DNA of 64,000 nucleotides from an uncultured Pseudomonadales bacterium (GTDB lineage Bacteria > Patescibacteriota > Microgenomatia > UBA1400 > PJMF01). A program made the translations under genes and the position numbers. Location: contig CAZBEW010000002.1 of assembly GCA_964491115.1 (NCBI GenBank), forward strand, positions 64,062-128,061, written 5' to 3'. The notes under the pieces were generated by a model. It had not been told where the DNA came from and made no database searches. It was given only the letters and a program-made list of their open reading frames with translations. Shown piece by piece: positions 1-9,596 of this stretch; position 1 is the stretch's first letter; the number at the start of each line of letters is the position of its first letter.

Positions 1-100
1 CAAAAAAGCAGATGAGGCTCCAGCAAAAGTTTCTCCAGAATCAGTAAGCCAAAGCCAAGCGACAGGAGTTGCCAATTTACCCGAAATCGATCTCCAAGAA

Positions 101-766
101 ATGTTTGAAGCCGGTTGTCATTTCGGTCACCAAATTGCCAAGTGGCATCCAAAAATGGCTCCCTATATTTATGGCACTGAGGGAGGCTCCCACATTTTTG
201 ATTTAGAAAAAACAGCTGAGCAACTAGATATAGCTTGTCAACGTTTTTATGATTTAGCCAAAGAGGGAAAAACTTTACTCATGATCGGTACCAAGCGTTC
301 AGCTCGGGAAATTGTCAAAGAGGCAGCCACAGAAATGGGTTGTTTTTACATTGTTTCTCGTTGGATGGGTGGTTTATTGACTAATTTCAATCAATTGCAA
401 AAATCTATTTTGCGCATGAGTGATATTGAAACTGGTCTTGAATCTGGAAAATTTGATAAATACACTAAATACGAGCGCCTACAATTAGATAAAGAAAAAA
501 CCCGACTAGAAAGATTTTTTATTGGCTTAAAGGGTTTAAAAGGCAAACCAGATTGTATTTTTGTCATTGATCCAGAACAAGAAAAAATTGTAGTGAAAGA
601 AGCTTCTAGCGAGGGAGTAGAGTTGATTGCTATAGCTGATAGCAATGCTGATCCAAGAAAAATTAATATTATTATTCCCGCCAATGATGATACTAGTAAA
701 AGTGTTCAATACATTGTGCAGCGCTTAAAGAATGCTTACAATGCGGGTAAAGTAGCGAGTAAATAG
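101..766 (+). CDS. rpsB: 30S ribosomal protein S2 (the reading frame is open back to position 2, so there may be an N-terminal extension or the true start lies beyond the window edge)
   Basis: Translation has the S2 hallmark 'FEAGCHFGHQ..W.PKM' and S2-like sequence throughout. The frame upstream (2-100) has no stop codon. Confidence 0.9.
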   Translation: MFEAGCHFGHQIAKWHPKMAPYIYGTEGGSHIFDLEKTAEQLDIACQRFYDLAKEGKTLLMIGTKRSAREIVKEAATEMGCFYIVSRWMGGLLTNFNQLQKSILRMSDIETGLESGKFDKYTKYERLQLDKEKTRLERFFIGLKGLKGKPDCIFVIDPEQEKIVVKEASSEGVELIAIADSNADPRKINIIIPANDDTSKSVQYIVQRLKNAYNAGKVASK

Positions 767-783
767 TCGCTGAAAGGTTAAAA

Positions 784-1248
784 ATGACAATTAGTATGGA
801 ATTAATAAAGCAACTGAGGCAAGAAACTGGCGCCCGAATTATGGACTGTAAAAAGGCTCTAGAAGAGGCTAAAGGCGATTTAAAATTAGCTAAAAAATAT
901 GTCGAAGAAAAAGGTTTGGCTCGAGCAGAGAAGAGTAGTGATCGAGAAACTGCAGTCGGCTATATCGCTAGTTATACTCATACAACTGGCCAAATTGCCA
1001 GTTTAGTGGAATTGTGTTGTGAAACAGATTTTGTCGCAAAAAATGAAGAATTTCAGCAATTAGCCAAGAATCTAGCCATGCAAGTGGTGGCCATGAATCC
1101 TCAAGACAAAGCTGAGTTATTAGCTCAAGATTTTATTCGAGATGGTGGCGAAAATGTTGAGCGAACCATCAAAGCTTTATCTGGAAAAATTGGCGAAAAA
1201 ATCGTTTTAACTCGTTTTACCCGCTTTATGATTGGCGAAAAAGCTTGA
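784..1248 (+). CDS. tsf: Elongation factor Ts, compact 154-aa form
   Basis: The N-terminal UBA-like segment 'ELIKQLRQETGARIMDCKKALEEAKGDLKLA' is typical of EF-Ts. The gene lies directly downstream of rpsB, the conserved rpsB-tsf arrangement. It is much shorter than the E. coli 283-aa protein. Confidence 0.85.
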   Translation: MTISMELIKQLRQETGARIMDCKKALEEAKGDLKLAKKYVEEKGLARAEKSSDRETAVGYIASYTHTTGQIASLVELCCETDFVAKNEEFQQLAKNLAMQVVAMNPQDKAELLAQDFIRDGGENVERTIKALSGKIGEKIVLTRFTRFMIGEKA

Positions 1249-1280
1249 TAGTTGTTAAACTAAATGAATAGAATCGTCTT

Positions 1281-2255
1281 ATGCGTGATTACTGTCCATC
1301 TCGCCAAGAACAAGCCAAACTTAAAGCTAAAAAAGTCACAGCTAAAAAAATTCGTCGGTCTAGGAACAAGCCAACTAGCTCCTTTAATTGGCAAAAGGTC
1401 TTTTTTTTCGGTTTTTCATTATTTCTACTCGTTTTATTAGTGCTTTTAGTTTTTTATTTGCTCCGCAATCAAGTGATGAAACGTCATCAAATTGAACGTA
1501 ATCAGCATTTGCTAATCATGGAAACAGGGAGAGCGCACGCCTGGGTGGTTTTAGCCCCAGCCGAACAGAAGATTAAAGTTTTTAATTTTAATTTATTGAG
1601 CGCGGCTAACTGGCAAACTGAAGACTCTCAAGAAGAAATCAATGAGCAGGAGAAAACTCTGTATTACAGCCTAATTTTTAATAGCTTTGTTGATCAAATT
1701 ATCGAATATCCGAGCCAGAACTTAAGTGAAGACAAACAAAATGAATTTAAGGCCCATCTAATTGAGGATTTAAAAAAACGTAAAGCCAATAATTTAGCTT
1801 TTTATCTAGAAGTTGATTCGCTGACTTGGGAATGGTCGACTGATGCAGGAGAAAATACTCTAGCTGGCAAACAACAGCAGTTTATTAATTTTCTTAATCG
1901 TAATACTGCAGTTAGCTATGATAAGTTGTTTGAGTGTCCGGTGGCAGTCATCAATAGTAGTGGAGCCACTGGTTTGGCAAGTGCTTTTGCAAAATTATTG
2001 GAAAAAGATGGTTTTTCAGTGGTAAAAAGAGACAGCGGTCAAGACAAATTAGTTTCAAGCTCCTTATTAATTGATCCAGAAAATGCCCACTGTCAACTAA
2101 TGGTGGATCGTTTCCAACAACTACTACCAGGTAAAACTATTACTACTAATCAAGAATTGGCTCAGCAATACCGAGCTGGAGCTGTGGTTTTTTTAGCTGA
2201 AGATTTGGCTCAATTAAGAATCAGGGCTGTCGATTTTTTTCATGAAGACCTCTAA
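1281..2255 (+). CDS. Membrane-anchored protein with a C-terminal LytR_C-like (LytR/CpsA/Psr C-terminal) domain
   Basis: Basic N-terminus, one hydrophobic helix (FFFGFSLFLLVLLVLLVFYLL), and a C-terminal segment 'VAVINSSGATGLASAFAKLLEKDGFSV' resembling a LytR_C domain. Confidence 0.4.
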   Translation: MRDYCPSRQEQAKLKAKKVTAKKIRRSRNKPTSSFNWQKVFFFGFSLFLLVLLVLLVFYLLRNQVMKRHQIERNQHLLIMETGRAHAWVVLAPAEQKIKVFNFNLLSAANWQTEDSQEEINEQEKTLYYSLIFNSFVDQIIEYPSQNLSEDKQNEFKAHLIEDLKKRKANNLAFYLEVDSLTWEWSTDAGENTLAGKQQQFINFLNRNTAVSYDKLFECPVAVINSSGATGLASAFAKLLEKDGFSVVKRDSGQDKLVSSSLLIDPENAHCQLMVDRFQQLLPGKTITTNQELAQQYRAGAVVFLAEDLAQLRIRAVDFFHEDL

Positions 2256-2975
2256 GCCTTCGTTTTCGCTATCTTCTTCATCATCATCAGTGCTAATAAT
2301 ACCCAAAGGTATATCTTTTTCTAAAACAATTTCTTCGTCAAGATTAAACTGATTATTAATTTTTTTACTAGGAAATGATTGGAGTTGCTTATTCTTTTTT
2401 GAGCGAAAGGTTTCCTTGAGTTGAATACAACATTGTTTGTCATCTACTCGATAAACAACACAACTGTATTCGTTGCCATCATTAATCAGTCGGCTAAGGC
2501 GGAAAGAAATATCTTCAGGCAGAGCGCCTACATGTTTTTTCTTATCATCAATAATGCTGATGTAGCGGTTCTTGATTTGGAGAAAACACTCTTGACCAAC
2601 TTTGAGATCACACAATTGCCTGCGACAAGTTAAGCGGTGAAGAGAAATTATTTTACTTTTTCCTGGTTCTTCAATGAAATCTGCTTGGTGGTTAAAAATT
2701 ATATCCTTGGTTTCTTCATTATTCTTGAGCTTTTTTAAATGTTTATTGGCAATAATGTTTGAGCGATCAATTTTTAATACATTTTTAAAAACTTTAGTCG
2801 CTTCTTTTTCTTGCTTCAATTTTAGATAGGCAAGACCCAAACGATTCATGGCCTCTAAATTTTTAGGATCTTGTTGGAGAATTTCTTGATTAATTAAGAC
2901 GGCAGTGTTCCAGTCAGAGTCTTTTACCGCTTGGATGGCGTTGGCTCGCAGCTGAGAGCTGTTTGACATTGTCAT
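2214..2975 (-). CDS. TPR-repeat protein with a C-terminal domain of unknown function (a degenerate PilZ-like fold is possible but uncertain)
   Basis: The N-terminal approximately 90 aa show TPR-like periodicity (AIQAVKDSDWNTAVLINQEILQQDPKNLEAMNRLGLAYLKLKQEKEATKVFKNVLKID). The C-terminal region contains RRxL and D.S motifs, and the tail is acidic. Confidence 0.35.
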   Translation of the reverse strand: MTMSNSSQLRANAIQAVKDSDWNTAVLINQEILQQDPKNLEAMNRLGLAYLKLKQEKEATKVFKNVLKIDRSNIIANKHLKKLKNNEETKDIIFNHQADFIEEPGKSKIISLHRLTCRRQLCDLKVGQECFLQIKNRYISIIDDKKKHVGALPEDISFRLSRLINDGNEYSCVVYRVDDKQCCIQLKETFRSKKNKQLQSFPSKKINNQFNLDEEIVLEKDIPLGIISTDDDEEDSENEGLEVFMKKIDSPDS

Positions 2976-3079
2976 ATGCTTAATAGACCTTTCTTTGGGG
3001 GATATTACAGTTTGCTAATCGAATTGTCAACTCACAAAATCAAATACTGGGACTAGCGAAGTTTTGTTATAATAGGAAT

Positions 3080-3637
3080 GTGTCAGGACATAGTAAATGG
3101 AGTAATATCAAGAATCGAAAAAGCGCTCAGGATCAGGTGAGGGGAGTGATTTTTAGTCAATTTTCTCGACAAATTCGGGCCGTGGTCAAGGCCGGTGGTT
3201 CTGGAGACCCCGGTGTCAATGCCAATTTAAGGTTGATTTTGGACAAAGCCCGCTTGGCAAATATGCCAAAAGAAAAAATCCAACGAGCGATTGATGTGGC
3301 TTTAGGAAAATCCGGGGAAAATCAAGTTAAAGAAATAGTCTATGAGGCTTTTGCGCCAGGTGGAGTAGCCTTGATGATTGTGGCTTTGACCAACAACAAC
3401 AATCGAACTGCTAGCGAATTAAGAACTTTATTAAGTAAGCACGCTGGTTCTTTGGCTGGTCCTGGAAGCGCTAGTTACATGTTTGAGCGTGATCAAGAAG
3501 GTGGTTTTAAGGCAAAAATTAAAGTTGATTTAAGCGAGGAACAAGTAGTAAAAGTGCTGGAATTAGTTGATCAATTAAGAGCGAATGAAGATGTTGAAGA
3601 TGTATTTGTTGCAGCCGATTTGCCAAAGGAAGATTAG
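3080..3637 (+). CDS. YebC/PmpR-family transcriptional regulator, truncated 185-aa form
   Basis: 'MSGHSKWSNIKNRKSAQD' is the signature N-terminus of the YebC family (DUF28). The sequence aligns to YebC through about aa 150 and then jumps to the C-terminal segment, so the middle domain seems to be missing. Confidence 0.8.
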   Translation: MSGHSKWSNIKNRKSAQDQVRGVIFSQFSRQIRAVVKAGGSGDPGVNANLRLILDKARLANMPKEKIQRAIDVALGKSGENQVKEIVYEAFAPGGVALMIVALTNNNNRTASELRTLLSKHAGSLAGPGSASYMFERDQEGGFKAKIKVDLSEEQVVKVLELVDQLRANEDVEDVFVAADLPKED

Positions 3638-3642
3638 GGTCT

Positions 3643-4410
3643 ATGCGTCGTCGTGAAAAATTTATTATTGTCTCAGTCTTGCTAGCCTTGGGTTTGTTGG
3701 CTACTCAGTATGTGCCAATTGATTGGCGCTATGGAGCAATTATTTTATTTGCTGTTATTAGTTATTTTATGTCAGCCTGGGCGCTTAACGAAGATTTGCA
3801 GATTTACGAATGGCTGACGATTTTACCTTTACCCGTTTTATATGCCACTTCTGTTGCGCTTTTTTATTTTTTATTGCCTGAATTATTAATTTCCCGCCTG
3901 GTTATTTTAGCCATTTTTGGCATTGGCATGTACGCTTTGTTCTTAACTGCCAATATTTTTTCGGTGGCGAAGGGTAGAACTATTCAACTCTTATATGCAG
4001 CACAGGCGATCGCTCTCTTTTTCACCATGATTATTTCTTTATTATTAACTAATACGATTTTTTCTTTGCGTCTGCCTTTTTATATTAATGCTTTATTGGT
4101 GGCTGTGACGCACTTTTTCTTGATTTTAATGTCTTTATGGTCGGTTAAATTGGAGCCGCGTGTTGATCGAGAAATTCTACAATACAGTCTACTATTTGTC
4201 TTAATTTTAACCGAATTTACTATCTGCTTTTCTTTTTTACCGATGCAAATTTGGCATATTTCCTTATTTATCATGTCATTGGTTTATGTTGGTCTATCCT
4301 TGTTTCACAACCTCTTGCAGGGTAGACTGTTCAAAAATACTGCCACCGAATATATATTAGTGGCAGTTTTCATTCTTATTACCTTTGTCGTTGCTTTCCC
4401 TGGTAAATAA
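3643..4410 (+). CDS. Polytopic integral membrane protein (about 7 TM helices), function unknown
   Basis: Hydrophobic segments run the whole length. No recognisable motif. Confidence 0.5.
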   Translation: MRRREKFIIVSVLLALGLLATQYVPIDWRYGAIILFAVISYFMSAWALNEDLQIYEWLTILPLPVLYATSVALFYFLLPELLISRLVILAIFGIGMYALFLTANIFSVAKGRTIQLLYAAQAIALFFTMIISLLLTNTIFSLRLPFYINALLVAVTHFFLILMSLWSVKLEPRVDREILQYSLLFVLILTEFTICFSFLPMQIWHISLFIMSLVYVGLSLFHNLLQGRLFKNTATEYILVAVFILITFVVAFPGK

Positions 4411-4411
4411 T

Positions 4412-4441
4412 GATAAAACATTGATGTATCAATGTTTTATC
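4412..4441 (+). terminator. Perfect 13-bp inverted repeat with a 4-nt loop immediately after the stop codon. Putative terminator or attenuator hairpin, with no strong T-tract.
   Basis: GATAAAACATTGA-tgta-TCAATGTTTTATC. The arms are exact reverse complements. Confidence 0.35.
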
Positions 4442-5468
4442 ATATAATTGGAGTGGGGAAGAGTGCGCAAAAATCAAGCTTTTTGCTGCTTGAATTAGAG
4501 TGAGCAGAAATATTTAATCCCTCACGGTTTTGACTCATTTAATAAGCTTAAAATAATTTTTTGAGTAAAATTTTTAATAAAAAATACTAATAAATATTGA
4601 CTAGGGTAGTAAGAAAAAAACTAATAGACTCGGCAAAGGGTAGAGGCGTGAAAATTGTGGAAAACTCAATTGTTATAGGACTCTTTAAGCCTGGAGTGAT
4701 ATAGTTTGATACACTTAACAATGATCCACTTAGATATTGTTACAGATAAGGATGCAAAAATAAATATAGCCTGGTAGAGTTAGTAACTGCAGCCGACTTC
4801 CTCTCTGGATCTCCTCAAGTGATTATGCTTTTACCCCCGGGCACGCTCTGGGGAGTAAAAGGCTTGATTAATCAATAAAAAACCCGAATATGCTTTTTTA
4901 AAAATGTTTAGGGAGGACCACTTGGGGGCAAATTAGATCGACACGATAAGAGGCGCAAGCGAGTTTGAGAGTGCAGTGTAAAAAGATCAATAAAAACAAC
5001 AATAATATCTAGCTGCTACTCTTGACTGCCCTAGAGCATTGTTTTGGCAGTCTAAGAGCCATCGAGAGATTGGGGTTATGTCGCACAATATAACTTTTGC
5101 GACGTAAACCCTAGAATTGCGCAAAAGACTACTTTTAAACATTTAATCTTTTCTTTGAATTTCTCGATTACTTTGTCCTTATTTTTCCTTATTTATCCTA
5201 TCCACTGCTTGCTCTCTGATCATTTTGCCTGGTATGTTAATTATCTAGCCCGGTGCCATTTCCCACTTTTTGCCTCTTGCCTAGCCATTTCTCCAGATCT
5301 GTCCAGGCTAAAATCTCTAAAGAATCTTTAAAGATTTTGCAAGCTAAATTGCATATTAAATTGATATATCAATCTAAACACCTCAAGAAGCTCGCTAAAA
5401 GCCTAAAATCGGCTTTTTTTCCTTTAGATGATTAATCCCTCGTTGCAAATCAAGTTATAATAGCTAGT

Positions 5469-6044
5469 ATGTCAAAAAATGCAGTTTTTTTGTTAAAACC
5501 ACAGTTAGCTCATCATCGGGCTTTCATTGATGGTCTTAGCGAATTACAAGCTCACCAACACGAACGATATTATGTAGAAGAAAATCTTGATCTTGCTCAA
5601 TTAAGCAACAAAAAGTTTTTTAAACAACACTTAACTTATTTAGCAGAACAAGAACTCGGCATTAATTTAGCACCTAATCGAGTGCCACAAAGCATTTATT
5701 GGTTAATGGAAGAACAGACCGATGGCCAATTAGTCTGGATAGGTCGAGTTTCCATTCGCCATCGACTCAATGATAAGTTGCGGAAAGTTGGCGGCCATGT
5801 TGGCTACGTCATTAGGCCAAGTGCTCGTCGCCAGGGCTACGGCAGTCGTTTATTAGCTTTAACTTTGGAAAAAATCCGTCAGCATCAACCAAAAATTGAT
5901 ACCAAACAAGTACTACTCACTTGCGATGAGACCAATCTGGGTTCAAAAAAAATTATCGAGAAAAATGGCGGGATTTTTGCTGCTTCTCGAGTGCAAGCTG
6001 ACTCTCCAGTGCGCAAATTACTCTACTGGGTCCCCTATACTTAG
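5469..6044 (+). CDS. GNAT-family N-acetyltransferase
   Basis: The acetyl-CoA-binding motif 'RPSARRQGYGSRLL' (R/Q-x-x-G-x-G/A) and overall GNAT-fold length. Confidence 0.6.
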   Translation: MSKNAVFLLKPQLAHHRAFIDGLSELQAHQHERYYVEENLDLAQLSNKKFFKQHLTYLAEQELGINLAPNRVPQSIYWLMEEQTDGQLVWIGRVSIRHRLNDKLRKVGGHVGYVIRPSARRQGYGSRLLALTLEKIRQHQPKIDTKQVLLTCDETNLGSKKIIEKNGGIFAASRVQADSPVRKLLYWVPYT

Positions 6045-6049
6045 GGAAA

Positions 6050-6076
6050 AATAGGGGAGTCTCCCCTATTTTTTTA
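6050..6076 (+). terminator. Rho-independent terminator downstream of the GNAT gene
   Basis: AATAGGGGAG-t-CTCCCCTATT stem followed by TTTTTTT. Confidence 0.7.
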
Positions 6077-6234
6077 CTCTGGTTTTCCTGCCATTATCAC
6101 TTATTTTTCTGCCCAATTTTTCTGAAAAATTTACCCAAAAAATATTTTCCCCTCTCCCCTTTTTTCAAAGCAGATTTGTTTTCAAACCAGATCTACCAGT
6201 AGGCAAAAACTTAAATTTATTGTAAATTGAGCTT

Positions 6235-7227
6235 ATGAATAGTGATCAAGCAGCAGCTGGGCTTAAAAATAAACAAGTGCTTAAAAGTGTTGCTCGCTTG
6301 AGTACTGATCCAGATCAGGCCCTGGTATCTTTCCTCGAGTCACTCGAGGTAGAAAAGAACCTCAGTCGCCTCACAGTTCGCAATTATAGTCATTATCTAA
6401 GGCGCTTTAACGCCTGGTTCAAAGACCAGGGCGCCACTGATTTAGCTCAACTAGATCTCGATTCACTGCGCGCTTATCGAGTTTTTTTAGCCAGATATAT
6501 TGATGAACAAGGCAGGACTTTATCCAAAAGAACTCAAAGTTATCATGTGATTGCCTTGCGATCTTGGTTTAAATATCTAATCAAAAATGACCTCAATGTT
6601 CTTCATCCAGAGAAAATAGATTTGCCCAAAGCTGAATCTATTCCAATGAGCTTCATTGATATTGAAGAAATGGAGCGCTTACTCAGCCAACCAGACTTAA
6701 GTAGTGAAACCGGCTTAAGGGATCGGGCCATTTTGGAAGTTCTCTTCTCTACTGGTTTGCGGGTCAGTGAGCTGGTTAAGCTCAATCGTGATCAAATTAA
6801 TCTCACTCGTAAAGAATTCGGGGTAATTGGTAAGGGCCGTCGACCAAGAGTGGTGTTTTTAAGTGATCGGGCGGCAGATTGGCTTGAGCGTTGGCTGGCG
6901 ACTCGCGAAGATATGTGGCGAGCGGTTTTTATTCGTTTTTCTGGTAAAAAAGTGCATCCTGCTTTTGATGATGAAAGCATGAGGCTGACCAGTCGGAGCG
7001 TGCAACGCTTGGTAGATAAATATGCGCGCCAAGCCCGACTGACTGTCAAATTGTCGCCACATGGTATTCGTCACAGCTTTGCTACTGATCTCTTAATTAA
7101 TGGTGCCAACCTGCGCGATGTGCAAGAAATTTTAGGTCACAAAAATATTGCCACCACACAAATCTATACCCATGTCACTAAATCACAGTTAAAAAAAGTT
7201 TACGACAAGCGCCACTCAAAACTTTAG
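6235..7227 (+). CDS. Tyrosine site-specific recombinase, XerC/XerD family
   Basis: Catalytic signature blocks 'GLRVSE' (Arg), 'HGIRHSFATDLL' (HxxR) and 'LGHKNIATTQIYTHV' (His/Tyr nucleophile). An N-terminal SAM-like domain is present, with a roughly 30-aa N-terminal extension. Confidence 0.85.
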   Translation: MNSDQAAAGLKNKQVLKSVARLSTDPDQALVSFLESLEVEKNLSRLTVRNYSHYLRRFNAWFKDQGATDLAQLDLDSLRAYRVFLARYIDEQGRTLSKRTQSYHVIALRSWFKYLIKNDLNVLHPEKIDLPKAESIPMSFIDIEEMERLLSQPDLSSETGLRDRAILEVLFSTGLRVSELVKLNRDQINLTRKEFGVIGKGRRPRVVFLSDRAADWLERWLATREDMWRAVFIRFSGKKVHPAFDDESMRLTSRSVQRLVDKYARQARLTVKLSPHGIRHSFATDLLINGANLRDVQEILGHKNIATTQIYTHVTKSQLKKVYDKRHSKL

Positions 7228-7844
7228 TTATGCTAGCCGATTTTTATTTACTCGAGTGCAACGTCCTTTTGCCGAAAAAAATTATTTGACGAAAAAATCA
7301 TTAATTCAAAAAAATACTGAAAAATAGATTGATTCATCAATAAATAGATTAAAAAGCTGGTTTTAGCAGAGTGCTGTTTTGACTGCTAAGTGCTAATAAT
7401 GATTTGGACTGAAAAAAATCGGAGCAGACTTGTTTTTTTTGGCAGTAGACTTGTTTTTTAGGCAGCTGCTGATTTATTTTTTTAATTTTGTGAATAAATT
7501 TTTAGAATTAAGTTTTTTGATTGCCAAAAATAGAGGGCCATGTGTCGCGCTTATCAGCTTTATTTTAAATACATGCTGACATGCGCTTGGTTTGTTGAGT
7601 GGATGGAGACCTTATTTAGTGATTAAAAGCTAGCAAGATATCTTTTGAGAAGCATATCAAAATACAAAAAAAAGTATTGATATATATAAAAAATTATCAA
7701 TTAGTGACAATGAATTTTATTTACTATATAAAAATATTTGTAAATATAAAAAACAAAATCAAAAACCATTTATTTTTAAATAATCTTAGCTTAATTAAAT
7801 ACTGCAAAGCTTTTTTTCAATATGTGCAATACTTATTGTAGTTT

Positions 7845-9449
7845 ATGAAGTTTGCTAAGATATTTAATTCCAAAGTTTTGCAAAAATATTTTTTATTTGT
7901 CTTTTTACTACTGCTCCTTATTAATTTTTTAGCTCGTCTTAATTTGTTTTTCAAAATTAATTGGTTTAACGATGATTCCAGAGATTTTTTAGTGACTAGG
8001 AACATTATTTTGGACCATGATTTTAGGTGGATTGTCCCCTTTTCTGCTTATGCTGACAATGTATTGAAAAATAGTGTTTTTTATTACTATTTTTTAACTA
8101 TTTTTATGTTTTTTTCTTTTGCAAAGCCATTTTTATTTAGAATATTGTTTTTAATATTTTTCTTTTCTACTTTAGTCATATTTTCTTATCTATTTTCCAA
8201 GCTTTTCTTTACTAATAAAAAACTTCAACTATTAACAGTGCTTTTTTTCCTTTATTTTCCAAGTTTTTACTCTCGTGGTTCATACACATTTCAACCCAAT
8301 TTTGCGATACCGTTCTTGATAGCTTGTATTTATTATTTTTTTTATGCTTATAAAAAAAAGTCAATCAAGTATTTAACAATAGCCAACTTACTTTATTTAA
8401 TCAGCACACAAATTCATTATGCGCATTTGCTATTGTTTCCTTGGGTAATTGCTACCAGCTGCTATTTACAATATCGATTTAATCAGGCTAGTAAGACCAC
8501 TTCTAAACTTAAAACGATGATAGTGAGTCAGTTTAATTATCCGAGTTTAATCATCTTATTAAACCTTGGCTTTATATTTTTAAATCAAAAAATGAGCATG
8601 TATGCTAATCTTGAAGAACTATCTTTGACACAGCTTTTTGATCAATTATTTTTCAATAAAACCGATTATCTAATGACATTTTATGACAATGGTAAAGCGT
8701 TTTTTCAATTTTTATTGGGAAGTAACACGCCATGGAACTGCTTTTATTTATTTGCCCTAGGGCTAATTTTTCTTTTATTTTTTTTAAAAAAGAAAAGCTT
8801 TTATTCACTTAACTCTTTTTTTGCTTTGTTATCATCTTCGACACTGTTTTTGTTAGTAGACAAAATCGGTATTGAGACCTGGTATTTTTATCCAATTCTC
8901 ATCTTTTTATTGATATTTTCCATTAGTGTTTTGTCAACTTTAAGCAATAAACTAGCCTCCATTATTTTGATTTTTTTTCTATTCATATTTTTTGTCATCT
9001 TGTTTCCATTTACAAAAAACTCTTTCCTTGCAGAAAAGATTACTAAACATGAGTTTGTAGCCAGCATAATTTCCAGTAACATCAAGGCTAATCAAGAAGA
9101 ACAAACAGACTTTTTAATCTCCACGGTTAATAATAGTAACAATAATGAGAATGCCGCATACTGGATATTTTTAGAACAAGCATTGGGTAGAAGATTAATC
9201 AAAAATGACCCCCAAGACAACAGCTATTTTCTTTATTCTCCTGTTCATGATTATAGTGACAAGATTTATCTTATATGTGATGATTCATCTGTCGAACATG
9301 ATCTTTTAAGGGAAGATTGGTGTTTTGCAGAATTTAATCTGAGAGATTCTATAGCAGGCTATAAATTGCTTTATGCCTCAGATGAAGAAAATTTAGCAAT
9401 TTATTATTTGCTAATGAATGAAGAAATTCACAAATGGGATATTTATTGA
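7845..9449 (+). CDS. Very AT-rich polytopic membrane protein, GT-C-like (GT39/ArnT-like) glycosyltransferase candidate
   Basis: More than 10 hydrophobic helices. A 'DD' acidic motif (NWFNDDSRDF) sits in the first extracytoplasmic loop, as in GT-C enzymes. Local GC is far below the neighbouring genes. Confidence 0.4.
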   Translation: MKFAKIFNSKVLQKYFLFVFLLLLLINFLARLNLFFKINWFNDDSRDFLVTRNIILDHDFRWIVPFSAYADNVLKNSVFYYYFLTIFMFFSFAKPFLFRILFLIFFFSTLVIFSYLFSKLFFTNKKLQLLTVLFFLYFPSFYSRGSYTFQPNFAIPFLIACIYYFFYAYKKKSIKYLTIANLLYLISTQIHYAHLLLFPWVIATSCYLQYRFNQASKTTSKLKTMIVSQFNYPSLIILLNLGFIFLNQKMSMYANLEELSLTQLFDQLFFNKTDYLMTFYDNGKAFFQFLLGSNTPWNCFYLFALGLIFLLFFLKKKSFYSLNSFFALLSSSTLFLLVDKIGIETWYFYPILIFLLIFSISVLSTLSNKLASIILIFFLFIFFVILFPFTKNSFLAEKITKHEFVASIISSNIKANQEEQTDFLISTVNNSNNNENAAYWIFLEQALGRRLIKNDPQDNSYFLYSPVHDYSDKIYLICDDSSVEHDLLREDWCFAEFNLRDSIAGYKLLYASDEENLAIYYLLMNEEIHKWDIY

Positions 9450-9522
9450 CTTGATAATAAATGATTTTTGTTTTTCTGGTTTTTTAATGCAATCAATGTT
9501 AAAATCAAAAAGTTAGAAAAAA

Positions 9523-9596
9523 GGGCCGATAGCTCAGTTGGCTAGAGCGCTTCTATGGCATAGAAGAGGTCAGGGGTTCAAGTCCCCTTCGGTCCA
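9523..9596 (+). tRNA. tRNA-Ala (anticodon GGC)
   Basis: Cloverleaf folds by hand: acceptor stem GGGCCGA/TCGGTCC with the G3:U70 alanine identity pair; D arm GCTC-AGTTGGCTA-GAGC; anticodon stem-loop CTTCT-ATGGCAT-AGAAG; T arm AGGGG-TTCAAGT-CCCCT; discriminator A. CCA is not encoded. Confidence 0.85.

Noticed and set aside
5253-5435. 60-aa ORF inside the 1-kb noncoding region
   Set aside because: Low-complexity S/L/K composition, no start context and no motif. It is treated as part of the unexplained intergenic region rather than as a gene.
4411-5468. Attempt to assign the region as RNase P RNA or tmRNA
   Set aside because: I could not find the P4 strands (AGGAAAGUCCGGGC / ACAGAAnCCGGCUUA), a tmRNA T-arm (GGUUCGAnUCC) or a plausible tag ORF on either strand. 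It is left as an unassigned candidate structured region pending a covariance-model search.
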